Positions 46,871 to 56,482 of a stretch of DNA of 64,000 nt are shown here, piece by piece. The position numbers and the translations under genes are program-made. The notes beneath the pieces are model-generated. The model worked only from the letters and a program-made list of their open reading frames with translations. It searched no databases and had not been told where the DNA came from. Every line of letters starts with the position of its first letter. Within the stretch, counting starts at the first letter, position 1. The stretch is from positions 8,362-72,361 of the forward strand of contig DMOI01000041.1 in assembly GCA_003452395.1 (NCBI GenBank), read 5' to 3'. This DNA comes from Clostridiales bacterium (GTDB lineage: Bacteria; Bacillota; Clostridia; Lachnospirales; UBA12420).

Positions 46871-47599
46871 TCAACTTATTGACTGTTCCATTATATCATC
46901 GTATGCCACCTCATTCACTAAAGGTAATATTACTGCCTTTTCCGGTAAAGGTGATAAACCTGCTTTTTTTGCTAAAGTCGCTAAAACTTTAGGGTTTAAA
47001 GTTCCGAGAATTTTCTCTAACAACTCCATGTATTTCCTATCTACTACTCTATCCCGCATTGAATGATATTTTACTTTTTTCCCATTATTATTGAAAATTA
47101 ATTCAACTGCATATCCAGAGTTTTCATTACCTTCTATCGTTATTGAATTATTTTGTTTGAATTTTTTATCTTCTTCTTTATCTATTGATACTTCCTCACT
47201 ACTTAATAATATCATTTGTTTTTCTTCCCATAAATGAAATTGGCTATTACGTTTTACAGAATGAATACTATAATCTATTTCAACTTTATGATTACTCATA
47301 CCCATAAAACATATATAATCTTCACTTATAGTCTTACCAACTTTATCTTTTTTAACATTAGCAGCTTTTAAAATTATTCCATTTTGTGAATTTGTTTCTT
47401 TGTATCCTTTATCTTCACTTGCAGCTGGTTGAGGTATATCATATTCTGTTGGAATTCCATTTTCCATTTCCCTTGCAGTCTTAAGGCTAAAACTAAATTT
47501 CCCAAGTTCCATTTCTATATAATCATTTAAACCTTCTTTTTCCTTTATACTTTCTTCTACAACATCGTCTACTTGCATTATGTACGTTCCAAAATTCAC
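46871..47599 (-). CDS. hypothetical protein downstream of the FliI-like ATPase
   Basis: 242 aa, soluble, no motif recognised. The track start is GTG with a weak SD; the alternative ATG is at 47578. Confidence 0.4.
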   Translation of the reverse strand: MNFGTYIMQVDDVVEESIKEKEGLNDYIEMELGKFSFSLKTAREMENGIPTEYDIPQPAASEDKGYKETNSQNGIILKAANVKKDKVGKTISEDYICFMGMSNHKVEIDYSIHSVKRNSQFHLWEEKQMILLSSEEVSIDKEEDKKFKQNNSITIEGNENSGYAVELIFNNNGKKVKYHSMRDRVVDRKYMELLEKILGTLNPKVLATLAKKAGLSPLPEKAVILPLVNEVAYDDIMEQSIS

Positions 47600-47693
47600 C
47601 CTGCTTTTTTAATAATTTATTCAATATATCTCACCTAGTTTTAGCCATTAACAGGTATATGATGGCGCTCAGTATCTTTGAAATGAACGTCGT

Positions 47694-48992
47694 CTAATCC
47701 TTAAATATCCCACTCATAATTTCCAGTGTTTCAAATAAAGTAAAGTTCTCCTCAACCCGTTGTGTCAAAAATTCATTCGCCTTCCCTATTTTAGCTATTG
47801 CATAATCTATCTCCTTATTACTCCCTTTTACGTATGCCCCTATATTTATCAAATCTTCTGCCTCTTTATATATGGCCATTATTTTCTTTATATTATTCGA
47901 AAGTTCCTTCTGCTCAGGAGTAACTACATCTGACATAACCCTCGATATACTTTGCAGTATGTCTATTGATGGATAATGGTTTTTGTGCGCAAGTGACCTT
48001 GACAAAACAATATGTCCGTCCAGTATACTCCTCGCAGTATCTGATACTGGTTCCGACATGTCATCCCCCTCTACAAGCACAGTATATATACCTGTAATCG
48101 AGCCCTTATCTGAGTTACCCGCTCTCTCTAGTAACTTAGGCATGGTAGTAAACACCGATGGGGTGTATCCCTTACTAACTGGAGGCTCACCTACTGCAAG
48201 CCCTACCTCTCTCTGTGCCATAGAAAATCTCGTGAGAGAGTCCAGCATTAGTGCGACATCTTTCCCTTGTCCCCTAAAATGCTCTGCTATACTAGTTGCC
48301 ACATATGCCGCCTTGAGTCTGATAAGCGATGGCTGATCTGATGTTGCCACAACTACAACCGAGCGTTTAAGCCCTTCTTCTTGTAAATCCTTTTCTATAA
48401 ATTCCCTTACTTCACGACCTCTCTCACCTATAAGTGCAATAACGTTAACATCTGCTACCGCGTTTCTAGCTATCATACCCAAAAGAGTACTCTTACCTAC
48501 CCCGCTTCCTGCAAATATACCTATCCTTTGTCCTTTACCGACTGTAAGCATTCCGTCAATGGCTTTAACACCTAATTCAAGCGGCTTTGTTATCCTATTT
48601 CTTTTAAGTGGTGTCGGACAATCATTGAGTACACTACATTGCACTTCGTGACTTATATCACCTAAATCATCAATAGGTCTTCCCAGCCCATCAAGTACAC
48701 GTCCTAATATATTGTCGCATATATTAATTTTAAATATTTCACCTGTAGCTTCTACTAAATTTCCAGGTCCAACACCCTGCATATCACCAAGTGGCATAAG
48801 CAACAAGTTTTTGCTTTTAAAACCAACAACCTCTGCTAATATATGTTTTTCCTCTGTGTATATTTTACACACCTCACCCATAGTAGCTTGTGGTCCAGTT
48901 GACTCTATTGTAAGCCCCACTATTTGCGAGACTTTACCATAATATTTTACATGATCTTTATCTATAACACGTTCATACTTTTCAAAATCCAT
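47694..48992 (-). CDS. fliI: FliI/YscN-family (type III secretion / flagellar export) ATPase, orphan
   Basis: 432 aa. Walker A GSGVGKST, RGREVREF, DSLTRFSMAQREVGL, and the overall FliI pattern. Good SD GAGAGGTGA. Confidence 0.85.
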   Translation of the reverse strand: MDFEKYERVIDKDHVKYYGKVSQIVGLTIESTGPQATMGEVCKIYTEEKHILAEVVGFKSKNLLLMPLGDMQGVGPGNLVEATGEIFKINICDNILGRVLDGLGRPIDDLGDISHEVQCSVLNDCPTPLKRNRITKPLELGVKAIDGMLTVGKGQRIGIFAGSGVGKSTLLGMIARNAVADVNVIALIGERGREVREFIEKDLQEEGLKRSVVVVATSDQPSLIRLKAAYVATSIAEHFRGQGKDVALMLDSLTRFSMAQREVGLAVGEPPVSKGYTPSVFTTMPKLLERAGNSDKGSITGIYTVLVEGDDMSEPVSDTARSILDGHIVLSRSLAHKNHYPSIDILQSISRVMSDVVTPEQKELSNNIKKIMAIYKEAEDLINIGAYVKGSNKEIDYAIAKIGKANEFLTQRVEENFTLFETLEIMSGIFKD

Positions 48993-49071
48993 ATTTATTC
49001 ACCTCTCAAATCAATACCCTATCATAAATTAGTGTACCTTAACTCTTCATTGTTTTATTCTATCCTATAAG

Positions 49072-49105
49072 CAAAAAAATTGCAACCATTTAGTTGCAAC
49101 TTTTT
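49072..49105 (-). terminator. terminator after the transglutaminase-like gene
   Basis: Minus strand reads TTGCAAC-taaatg-GTTGCAA followed by TTTTTTT. Confidence 0.8.
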
Positions 49106-49129
49106 ACTATTCTATCTTAAACCACTCTT

Positions 49130-49930
49130 CTAATATTCTTTATCAGTTGTATAGTTTGATGCGCTCTTTTTAAATGTATAGCTTCTGTCATGTTGTTCTT
49201 TGTATGCATCATATGTTGTATCTACTATAACCCATTTACCATTTATATAAACTTCATTCCAAGCATGATATACATCTGTTACCTTTGAGTATCCTTTAAT
49301 AAGTTTTGCTTTTACATCAACACTTCTTAACATTGCTGCATATAATGATGAGTAATCATAACAAATACCTTTTTCATCTTTTAATACTTCATCTATGTCT
49401 GGTACATAATTTGAACTTATTGTTTTAATTTTTTTGCTATCATATTTTATGTTTTTTACTATGTATTTGTATATTGCTTTTGCTTTTTCTTCATCATTAT
49501 CTGCATCTTTTGTTAACTTTTTAGCTAGCTTTACTGCTGCACTATCTTCATCGTATTTTATATTTTGTACTGATTTAGTATATATACTTTCTTCATCTTC
49601 TATTTGCACATTAATTGTATCTTCAAATACCCTTCTATATTTTGTTCCATATACATTTTCATAAACTACTAATGTATATTCACCATCTCCCATTTGTAAA
49701 GAAAATTCTTCATATCTATCTGTGTTTTTCAAACTATAATAATCCTTTTTTGAATCCTTTTCTATCATAAATTTAGCTTTGTCTACATCTTCATTTTCAT
49801 ACAAAACTTTTACTATTCCTTCATCTGCATCCGTAGTATCAACTTCAACTGTTCTTTCGGAATATGCTATAGTTGTAAAAGCTATCATAAACACAAGAAT
49901 AGCAACTAGTGAACCAACTTTTTTAAACAT
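49130..49930 (-). CDS. secreted transglutaminase-like cysteine protease-fold protein
   Basis: Signal peptide MFKKVGSLVAILVFMIAFTTIAYS. Putative Cys-His-Asp triad: GICYDYSSLYAAMLR ... YHAWNEVYINGKWVIVDTT. Start set to the second ATG (49930) because AAGGAG abuts the first ATG at 49939. Confidence 0.75.
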   Translation of the reverse strand: MFKKVGSLVAILVFMIAFTTIAYSERTVEVDTTDADEGIVKVLYENEDVDKAKFMIEKDSKKDYYSLKNTDRYEEFSLQMGDGEYTLVVYENVYGTKYRRVFEDTINVQIEDEESIYTKSVQNIKYDEDSAAVKLAKKLTKDADNDEEKAKAIYKYIVKNIKYDSKKIKTISSNYVPDIDEVLKDEKGICYDYSSLYAAMLRSVDVKAKLIKGYSKVTDVYHAWNEVYINGKWVIVDTTYDAYKEQHDRSYTFKKSASNYTTDKEY

Positions 49931-49940
49931 ACCAACCATC

Positions 49941-50032
49941 TCCTTCGATAACTGGCTACCACCTGCTTATGCAGAAGGCCCTTTAGTTTTGCGTCCTTAT
50001 CTTTCGATAAGTTTGCCATTTTCGGGTGAAAA
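49941..50032 (-). promoter_or_regulatory. c-di-GMP-I (GEMM-I) riboswitch
   Basis: Minus strand reads AAAAUGGCAAACUUAUCGAAAGAUAAGGACGCAAAACUAAAGGGCCUUCUGCAUAAGCAGGUGGUAGCCAGUUAUCGAAGGAG. It shows the GGCAAAC, GAAA tetraloop hairpin, GGACGCAAA, GGGCC and GGUAGCC blocks of GEMM-I. The 3' end runs into the SD. Confidence 0.8.
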
Positions 50033-50235
50033 GTTAAGTTTAGTTTGTTTTGTCAAGCTAAATCTAGCTTATCACTCATTACTTTACTTTTTCCTGTATT
50101 AAATTGTACTTGATATTTTTTATCTTCCTTACACATATATAATACCATATTTTTACACTTTTTGCAATAGATTTTGTTAATATTTATGTAATATTTTGTT
50201 GATTTTTGCAAATAAAAAAAGGCTAATGCCCTTTC

Positions 50236-50763
50236 CTATCTTGCTTCTTTCTCTAATTCCTCAAGAACCTCTGCAAACTCCGTATCTGGTGGATACGCCT
50301 TAGCTTTAGCAAATCCCTTTATCACCAACATAGCATTAAACATCCTATCCCTTATTTCATCTTTCGAGTAATTATTTGGTACACCTATCCAAACGTACCT
50401 AAGGAGTCGCCCATATTTATCTGTCTCAGATATATCTTTAGTGAGCCATATTTCTCTTCCAACATATAATATTTGCTTAGTATAGTTCGTAGCGTCTTGT
50501 CCAAGATTTTCACCTTCTTTTTCAGCATTAATCATTTCTGGTGTATCCACTCCTATTAGCCTTACTTTATATGTTTTATTATTAATCTGTACTTTTATAG
50601 TATCTCCATCCACAATATATATTACCTTTGCTTTAGTTATCTCTGTAGTATACGTTTTATTAAATATCTCATAAATTAAGCCTTTTTCTGTAATACCTAC
50701 CTTTATCAAAGCTGCAAATACTAAAATAATAACTATTATTCCATATAATATGGCTCTTTTCAT
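50236..50763 (-). CDS. thermonuclease (SNase) family protein, membrane-anchored
   Basis: 175 aa. DGDTIKV...RLIGVDTPE...YGRLLRYVW. Confidence 0.85.
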   Translation of the reverse strand: MKRAILYGIIVIILVFAALIKVGITEKGLIYEIFNKTYTTEITKAKVIYIVDGDTIKVQINNKTYKVRLIGVDTPEMINAEKEGENLGQDATNYTKQILYVGREIWLTKDISETDKYGRLLRYVWIGVPNNYSKDEIRDRMFNAMLVIKGFAKAKAYPPDTEFAEVLEELEKEAR

Positions 50764-50778
50764 ATATAAAATCCCACC

Positions 50779-51213
50779 TTATGCATCTCTACAAAGCTTT
50801 CTAAATATACTCTCAAACCTTTCATCATCCGATTTCTTTCTTTTTTTATGCTTCGAACAAGTCCTACCAGTTTGTCTACTCTTTCTTGCCATCTCTCTTT
50901 CAAATAGTAAACTGTCTATGTTTTCATTTGTAAATATCAGTCCATTTTGATTTATGACATATGCACGTTTAGAAAGTGCTATCGTAGCCACACCATAATC
51001 TTGCGTTACTACAATATCTTTATTTTCTATCCTGTTTACTAGTGCCATATCAACTGAGTCTTTACCTTTATCTACTGTGATAATCTCCGCATAGTCATCA
51101 TATAAAATATGACTCGTATCAATAAGCATGATAACTTTTATCTCAAACTCTTTTGCTACCTTTATTATTTCGTCCTTAACTGGACAAGCATCAGCATCTA
51201 CTAATATTTTCAT
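50779..51213 (-). CDS. YaiI/YqxD family (UPF0178/DUF188) protein
   Basis: 144 aa. MKILVDADACPV N-terminus and VVTQDYGVA. Confidence 0.8.
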   Translation of the reverse strand: MKILVDADACPVKDEIIKVAKEFEIKVIMLIDTSHILYDDYAEIITVDKGKDSVDMALVNRIENKDIVVTQDYGVATIALSKRAYVINQNGLIFTNENIDSLLFEREMARKSRQTGRTCSKHKKRKKSDDERFESIFRKLCRDA

Positions 51214-51227
51214 TGCTTTCTCCTCTA

Positions 51228-52841
51228 TTAATCAACCTTAAACACATTTGTCCCTGTATAGTAAAATCTCAGTATTTCATCATATTTAAAGCCTTCTTCG
51301 GCCATACCTTTCGCTCCGTATTGGCTCATGCCTACTGCGTGCCCCCAACCAGAACCACGCAATACAAACTTATCATCTGACAAATTTGTAGTTTGAGTAG
51401 TCAGTTTTTTTGAGTTTTCCGAGCCCTTTATTACTAATGTACCCGTACTTGAATCAATCTTCTTGACACTACCATCTACTCCACGAACATACGTGCCAGC
51501 AAATATATTTTTATTATTCGCACTTTCACTTCCTTTTATATAAACAGTACTCGAACCTATATCACTTGACTTTATTACATCAAAATCTCTACTTTTTAGT
51601 ATGCTTCCTAATATAGGTTTGAAGAAGGTTCTTATACTCTCTTTTTGCAAAGTATGTGTCCCGCTTGTACCAACAATAGTAAAATCTAAAACTCTACCTG
51701 ACACTTCAGATTTTTTTACTTTTAAATCCACTATATCACCAATATATTTTCCTAAACTTAATAAAGTAGTATTTATATCATTTTTGCTAATAGTTACCTC
51801 CCAATTACTATGGCTATTAGTCTTTTCATAAATATCTTTTACTGCTTTTAAATACGCTACCGTATTTGTCCATACATTTTGAGAGTCCTCCGTATATCCA
51901 CCACTACTTGAAAAATAAAATGTACTTGCTAACTTTCCATCATATAAAAGTACCTCACCTGTAGTTTCATTTACCGCTCTACGTGCATTTTCACTCTCGA
52001 TACTATAGCCCTTATATGCCTGATCATTTGTCGTATCAGATATATTATAATACTTATATTTTTTATTATTTATAATCAGTATCACGTAGTTTTTAATTGC
52101 AATTGTTTGAGCCTTTAGTGCCTCTATATGCCACGAAGGACCCATTTCTGCGCAAACAACTCCATATAAATACTCATTAAATAAAACTGTATTTACTGCT
52201 GTCATCTTACCACTATCTACTCTCACAAACTGAATATAACCCTTATACTTCCTAGTTATAAGACTTATCAATCTATCTCGTGTAGTAAAACAAACGTATC
52301 CATCACTATTTTCAAAGATTATTTTGTCATTACTGTCTTTCGATACTATATAGTTTCGTGTTAGCGTTGCAACAACGGTTTTTAGTTTTAATTCTGGATA
52401 TGTTTTTGCAAGTGAAATCATCCCGCTATTCATTTCAGATTGGCTTGCATACTCTCCCAAATATATCTCCCACATACCATCAGAAACGTATGCTACACAT
52501 TTACTCACTCCACCAATTTCTAAAGCACCTAACGCACTTTTTGCGTCAGCATATGTAAAATATTCTTTATCAATACCTACGTAAAATTTATAATCTGCAT
52601 ACATACTAAATCCACTATTTGAACTCATACTAAAAAGCTCTGTAAACTTATCGCCATCTAGATTACCTGCTACAATCTCTTTCGAGCCTATATCAATCTT
52701 ATTAAGCTCTTTATAATAAGACTCAAGCCCCACTCTAATCATATCTGGCATTTGTATATCAAGTGCAAATACTGTATGTACGAATAACACCATAAATAAT
52801 ATACTTGTAACTATGTACTTTAGCTGTTTCATAATATTCAT
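51228..52841 (-). CDS. SpoIID/LytB domain protein
   Basis: 537 aa with a signal peptide. EYLYGVVCAEMGPSWHIEALKAQTIAIKNY and the C-terminal GSGWGHAVGMSQYGA are SpoIID hallmarks. Confidence 0.8.
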   Translation of the reverse strand: MNIMKQLKYIVTSILFMVLFVHTVFALDIQMPDMIRVGLESYYKELNKIDIGSKEIVAGNLDGDKFTELFSMSSNSGFSMYADYKFYVGIDKEYFTYADAKSALGALEIGGVSKCVAYVSDGMWEIYLGEYASQSEMNSGMISLAKTYPELKLKTVVATLTRNYIVSKDSNDKIIFENSDGYVCFTTRDRLISLITRKYKGYIQFVRVDSGKMTAVNTVLFNEYLYGVVCAEMGPSWHIEALKAQTIAIKNYVILIINNKKYKYYNISDTTNDQAYKGYSIESENARRAVNETTGEVLLYDGKLASTFYFSSSGGYTEDSQNVWTNTVAYLKAVKDIYEKTNSHSNWEVTISKNDINTTLLSLGKYIGDIVDLKVKKSEVSGRVLDFTIVGTSGTHTLQKESIRTFFKPILGSILKSRDFDVIKSSDIGSSTVYIKGSESANNKNIFAGTYVRGVDGSVKKIDSSTGTLVIKGSENSKKLTTQTTNLSDDKFVLRGSGWGHAVGMSQYGAKGMAEEGFKYDEILRFYYTGTNVFKVD

Positions 52842-52955
52842 CTCCCATACCTAATCTTTGTTCTCATTTTACCACACTTTTTGCTTTTTTTCATTATAAT
52901 TATATAAAAAAATAATTTTTCCAAGTTGGTACTGGTTTTACTGCAGATTAATACA

Positions 52956-52995
52956 TAAAAAGAGCAGACTCTCTTTTTTAGATCGTCTACTCTTT
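52956..52995 (-). terminator. probable terminator after lysS
   Basis: Minus strand reads AGAGUAGAC-15 nt-GUCUGCUCU (one G-U pair) followed by UUUUU. Confidence 0.55.
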
Positions 52996-53075
52996 GGTTT
53001 ACACTTGATATTGTTACATTTTATCTGTATTTTAAATACCATTTCAAAATTCAGCTTTTTCTATAATGTAAATAC

Positions 53076-54557
53076 TTATTTTTGCTCATCATCATCATTT
53101 ATAGGTCTCATTACCGGAAACAACACACAATCCCTTATATTGTCAGCATTAGTAAGTATTTGAACTATCCTATCTATTCCCATACCCCATCCTGAAATAG
53201 GTGGCATACCATATTCCATTGCTTCTATATATTCTTTATCCATCACCATTGCATCTTCGTCTCCATTAGCATTTAGTTTTGATTGTTCTTCAAGTCTTTT
53301 CTCCTGTTCTATCGGTTCAACCAACTCTGAGTATGCATTAACTACTTCAGCTCCATTTATAATAAGCTGAAATCTATCAGTAATATTAGGATTTTCATCA
53401 TTTGCTCTTGCGAGTGGTGACAAATCTATTGGGTGCTCAGTCAAAAATGTAGGATTTATTATTTTGGGTCTACTTACTTTTTTATATAGCACATCAATTA
53501 AATTACCAAAACCTAAAACATTTATACTCGTTTCCGAATCTAATTCTATTTTTTTATCAGCTATTTTTTTTCTTAATTCATCTGCTGTTTTACATTCATT
53601 TATATCTATACCACAATCTTTTAAAATTATTTCTCTAAATGTAACTATTTCCCATTCTTTATCAAAATTAATTATTTTATCATCAATTGTTATCTCATAC
53701 TTTCCAAACAAATCATATATTACCTTTTTCATCATATCTTTTATTAAAATCATATTGTCCTTATAATTATAATATGCACAATAACATTCTAGCATCGTAA
53801 AGTCTTGTAAATGTACTGGACTTATACCTTCATTTCTAAAACATCTTGCAAATTCAAATACCCTAGTAAATCCACCAACAATCGCTCTCTTTAAATACGT
53901 TTCCGGAGCAATTCTCAGATATACATCTATATCTAATGCATTATGATGAGATATAAAAGGCTTTGCTAATGCGCCTGCCGGTTTATTAATTAATGTAGGC
54001 GTTTCAATTTCTAAATACCTATTTTCCTCTAAGTAATTTCTTATTTTACTAATAAACTTAGACTTGAAAATAAATCTATTTTTTGATTCGTCATTCATAA
54101 TTAAATCTAAATATCTATTTCTATAGCATAACTCTTTATCTGACAATCCATGCCATTTTTCTGGTAATGTTTTCAAGCTTTTCCCCAAAAATGTAAACTC
54201 ACTAACTCTAACTGTCTTTTCACCTGTCTGCGTTGTAAACATTTCACCTTTTACACCTACAAAATCACCTATATCAACATAGTTCATAAAAAATTCATAT
54301 TTTTCATCTCCAAGTACATCCTTTTTAAAAGCAACTTGCAGTTTCCCTTTTATATCTTTAATCATTGCAAAAGTAAGCTTCCCCATTTTCCTCATAAAAA
54401 CAATTCTTCCCGCAATACTTATGTTACTTTCACCATCATTTAATGACTGTGCATCTTCGAGTTCATGAGTAACCTCATATCTTTCTGGATACGCATTTAC
54501 ATGGTTTTTGATTTCTTCTAATTTATTTCTTTTAATTATCTCTTGTTCCGAATACAT
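53076..54557 (-). CDS. lysS: lysine--tRNA ligase (class II)
   Basis: MYSEQEIIKRNKLEEIK..., an OB anticodon-binding domain, and class II motifs (FRNEG, GxGxGxDR as GWGMGIDR). Start set at ATG 54557 (SD AAGGAG, 8-nt spacer). The longer track ORF to 54608 would cover the promoter. Confidence 0.95.
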   Translation of the reverse strand: MYSEQEIIKRNKLEEIKNHVNAYPERYEVTHELEDAQSLNDGESNISIAGRIVFMRKMGKLTFAMIKDIKGKLQVAFKKDVLGDEKYEFFMNYVDIGDFVGVKGEMFTTQTGEKTVRVSEFTFLGKSLKTLPEKWHGLSDKELCYRNRYLDLIMNDESKNRFIFKSKFISKIRNYLEENRYLEIETPTLINKPAGALAKPFISHHNALDIDVYLRIAPETYLKRAIVGGFTRVFEFARCFRNEGISPVHLQDFTMLECYCAYYNYKDNMILIKDMMKKVIYDLFGKYEITIDDKIINFDKEWEIVTFREIILKDCGIDINECKTADELRKKIADKKIELDSETSINVLGFGNLIDVLYKKVSRPKIINPTFLTEHPIDLSPLARANDENPNITDRFQLIINGAEVVNAYSELVEPIEQEKRLEEQSKLNANGDEDAMVMDKEYIEAMEYGMPPISGWGMGIDRIVQILTNADNIRDCVLFPVMRPINDDDEQK

Positions 54558-54579
54558 TAAACCAACTCCTTTTTTAACT

Positions 54580-54608
54580 ATTATAAATGCTTTTACCAAA
54601 TTAGTCAA
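54580..54608 (-). promoter_or_regulatory. promoter for lysS
   Basis: Minus strand reads TTGACT, 17 nt, TATAAT. Confidence 0.55.
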
Positions 54609-54667
54609 TATTTTGTTAGTTAATTTTTATATATATAAGAATTGTACTATAATACAAAAAGTCCCTC

Positions 54668-55264
54668 TTAACCCAAAGAGAGACCTCCAATCGTACTTCC
54701 ATAACTATTTTCAGTTGTTGTTTTACTTGGGATTACTATATCTTCAATACGATATATTATTCTAGTAAGCTCTTCAATCATTATATCATTATGATAATTT
54801 GCTACTGGATCTATTGTTTTTTCTTTTTCTAAGATTTCTATACTATCTGCCATAAAGCGAACTACGTCCTCTATTCCAGTTTGATTTGTACCACTTCTAA
54901 TTCCTATTTCAGAATTCAACCCATTATAAATACTTTCATCGAAACTTACTGTTTCCCCAAACATAATCAAACCACAATTCGGCTTGCTAAATCTGTCATC
55001 TTGCCTTTGTTCATCTTTAAATAAAATTGTACCATCATCCAGTGTTTCCCTACTCGTCTTTTTATGTACCTTCCCTTGATTTTTGCTTTTATCTGTTTCC
55101 CTTGATTTATTATTTGCCCTCGCTTTATGCCTCATATCAGTCAATTCACCTTCGCAGGTCCCTTTTATCATCTCTAAGATTTCTTTTTTACTATCCTTCC
55201 TCAAACTATCTCCGGCATATCCAATGAAATTTAAAACTGCAATACAATTATCATTATACCACAT
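54668..55264 (-). CDS. hypothetical protein (reading frame stays open 64 codons upstream of the first ATG)
   Basis: 198 aa from ATG 55264, with no motif recognised. The same frame is stop-free up to 55456 (KCRFIEKQKKLAEAKTYTLKGGIKVTPQYIVIGDKRFVIDKNIRDWLEERIINEGFENIEVDKQ-M...) but has no ATG, GTG or TTG there. Confidence 0.4.
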   Translation of the reverse strand: MWYNDNCIAVLNFIGYAGDSLRKDSKKEILEMIKGTCEGELTDMRHKARANNKSRETDKSKNQGKVHKKTSRETLDDGTILFKDEQRQDDRFSKPNCGLIMFGETVSFDESIYNGLNSEIGIRSGTNQTGIEDVVRFMADSIEILEKEKTIDPVANYHNDIMIEELTRIIYRIEDIVIPSKTTTENSYGSTIGGLSLG

Positions 55265-55469
55265 TTGTTTATCAACCTCAATATTCTCAAATCCTTCATT
55301 AATAATCCTTTCCTCAAGCCAATCACGAATATTTTTATCTATTACAAATCTTTTATCACCGATTACTATATATTGTGGAGTAACTTTTATTCCACCTTTT
55401 AAAGTATACGTTTTTGCTTCAGCTAATTTTTTTTGTTTCTCAATGAATCTACATTTTTAGTAATATTTA

Positions 55470-55991
55470 TCAATGACCAATTTTTTGTTCTTCTAATTCT
55501 TTTAATTCACTTTCAGAAAGATGCTTATAAATATCCCCGTTTACGCCAAATTCCTGTATATATACTTTAATGTTTTCTATTCCTAGACTTTCGATTTCCT
55601 TTTTGTCAAGCTTCTTAAGTTTTTCAGCTATCCACTCAAAAATATGCCTATTTATACGAATAACCCTATCTTCAATTATTATATCTTGGCACCCTTGTAT
55701 ATTATTTCCTATTTGCCACTGGGCTTGAATTATTTGTGTACCGTCCCCTAACTTATAAATAACCTTAGAATTATTTTCATTGGATTTCGTTACAACTTCC
55801 TTTTCTTTTATCCCACTTTCTTGTTCTTTTAATCGTACATATTTCTCAATATCTTCTATTGCTAAAGATTCCTGATTACCTTTTTTATCAATATTCGACA
55901 TTTGATTAATATTCTCTATCACCTTAATGCCCGCATTTATTCTCTGATCTCGTATTTTTCCGTGTTCCTTATTTCTAGTACGTCTAGCCAT
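55470..55991 (-). CDS. hypothetical protein with a basic N-terminus
   Basis: 173 aa. Strong SD (AAGGAG, 8 nt, ATG). No motif recognised. Confidence 0.5.
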   Translation of the reverse strand: MARRTRNKEHGKIRDQRINAGIKVIENINQMSNIDKKGNQESLAIEDIEKYVRLKEQESGIKEKEVVTKSNENNSKVIYKLGDGTQIIQAQWQIGNNIQGCQDIIIEDRVIRINRHIFEWIAEKLKKLDKKEIESLGIENIKVYIQEFGVNGDIYKHLSESELKELEEQKIGH

Positions 55992-56423
55992 TCTAGCATC
56001 TCCTTTTGTTTTAATCTAAATATCTTTTTATATATATTTATTAATACTACTTTTCTACGCTTAATACTCGTTCAATAAAACCCTAACATTTACACTTTAA
56101 TAATATACCATATTTTACAGTTTTTGTCAATATTTTGTCGATTATTATTATATTTTTTAACACTATATAATTAAATACATATCCTTTTGATACAACTTTT
56201 CTATTGCTTTATCGACCTGTTGTGTTCCTTGAATTATCTTTGGTAGTGGCGTTTCTTTTACTTCTATTAATAAGTGTATACCCTATTCATTTTAATTTCT
56301 CCTTACTTTTCTATTTTATTCTGTATTTTAATAATTCTAATCAAAGGTTTTTACCTACCGTTCGTACGAACATACACTTCGCTAGTATCACTCCTACATT
56401 TTTCATCTAGACTTTATTAACTC

Positions 56424-56482
56424 AAAAAATATCGTGTTACACACTTTAATTATACCATAATCAGTGTATCTACACGATATTT
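56424..56482 (-). terminator. long hairpin downstream of the SLH-cohesin gene
   Basis: AAATATCGTGT ... ACACGATATTT, an 11-bp stem with an internally paired loop. A T-run follows on the minus strand. It lies ~120 nt after the stop. Confidence 0.55.

Noticed and set aside
56360-56371. Palindrome GTTCGTACGAAC considered as a LexA/Cheo box; I also looked for one upstream of recA (11993-12130)
   Set aside because: The half-sites are in the wrong order and spacing for CGAAC-N4-GTTCG. I could not find a convincing box in the recA upstream region either.
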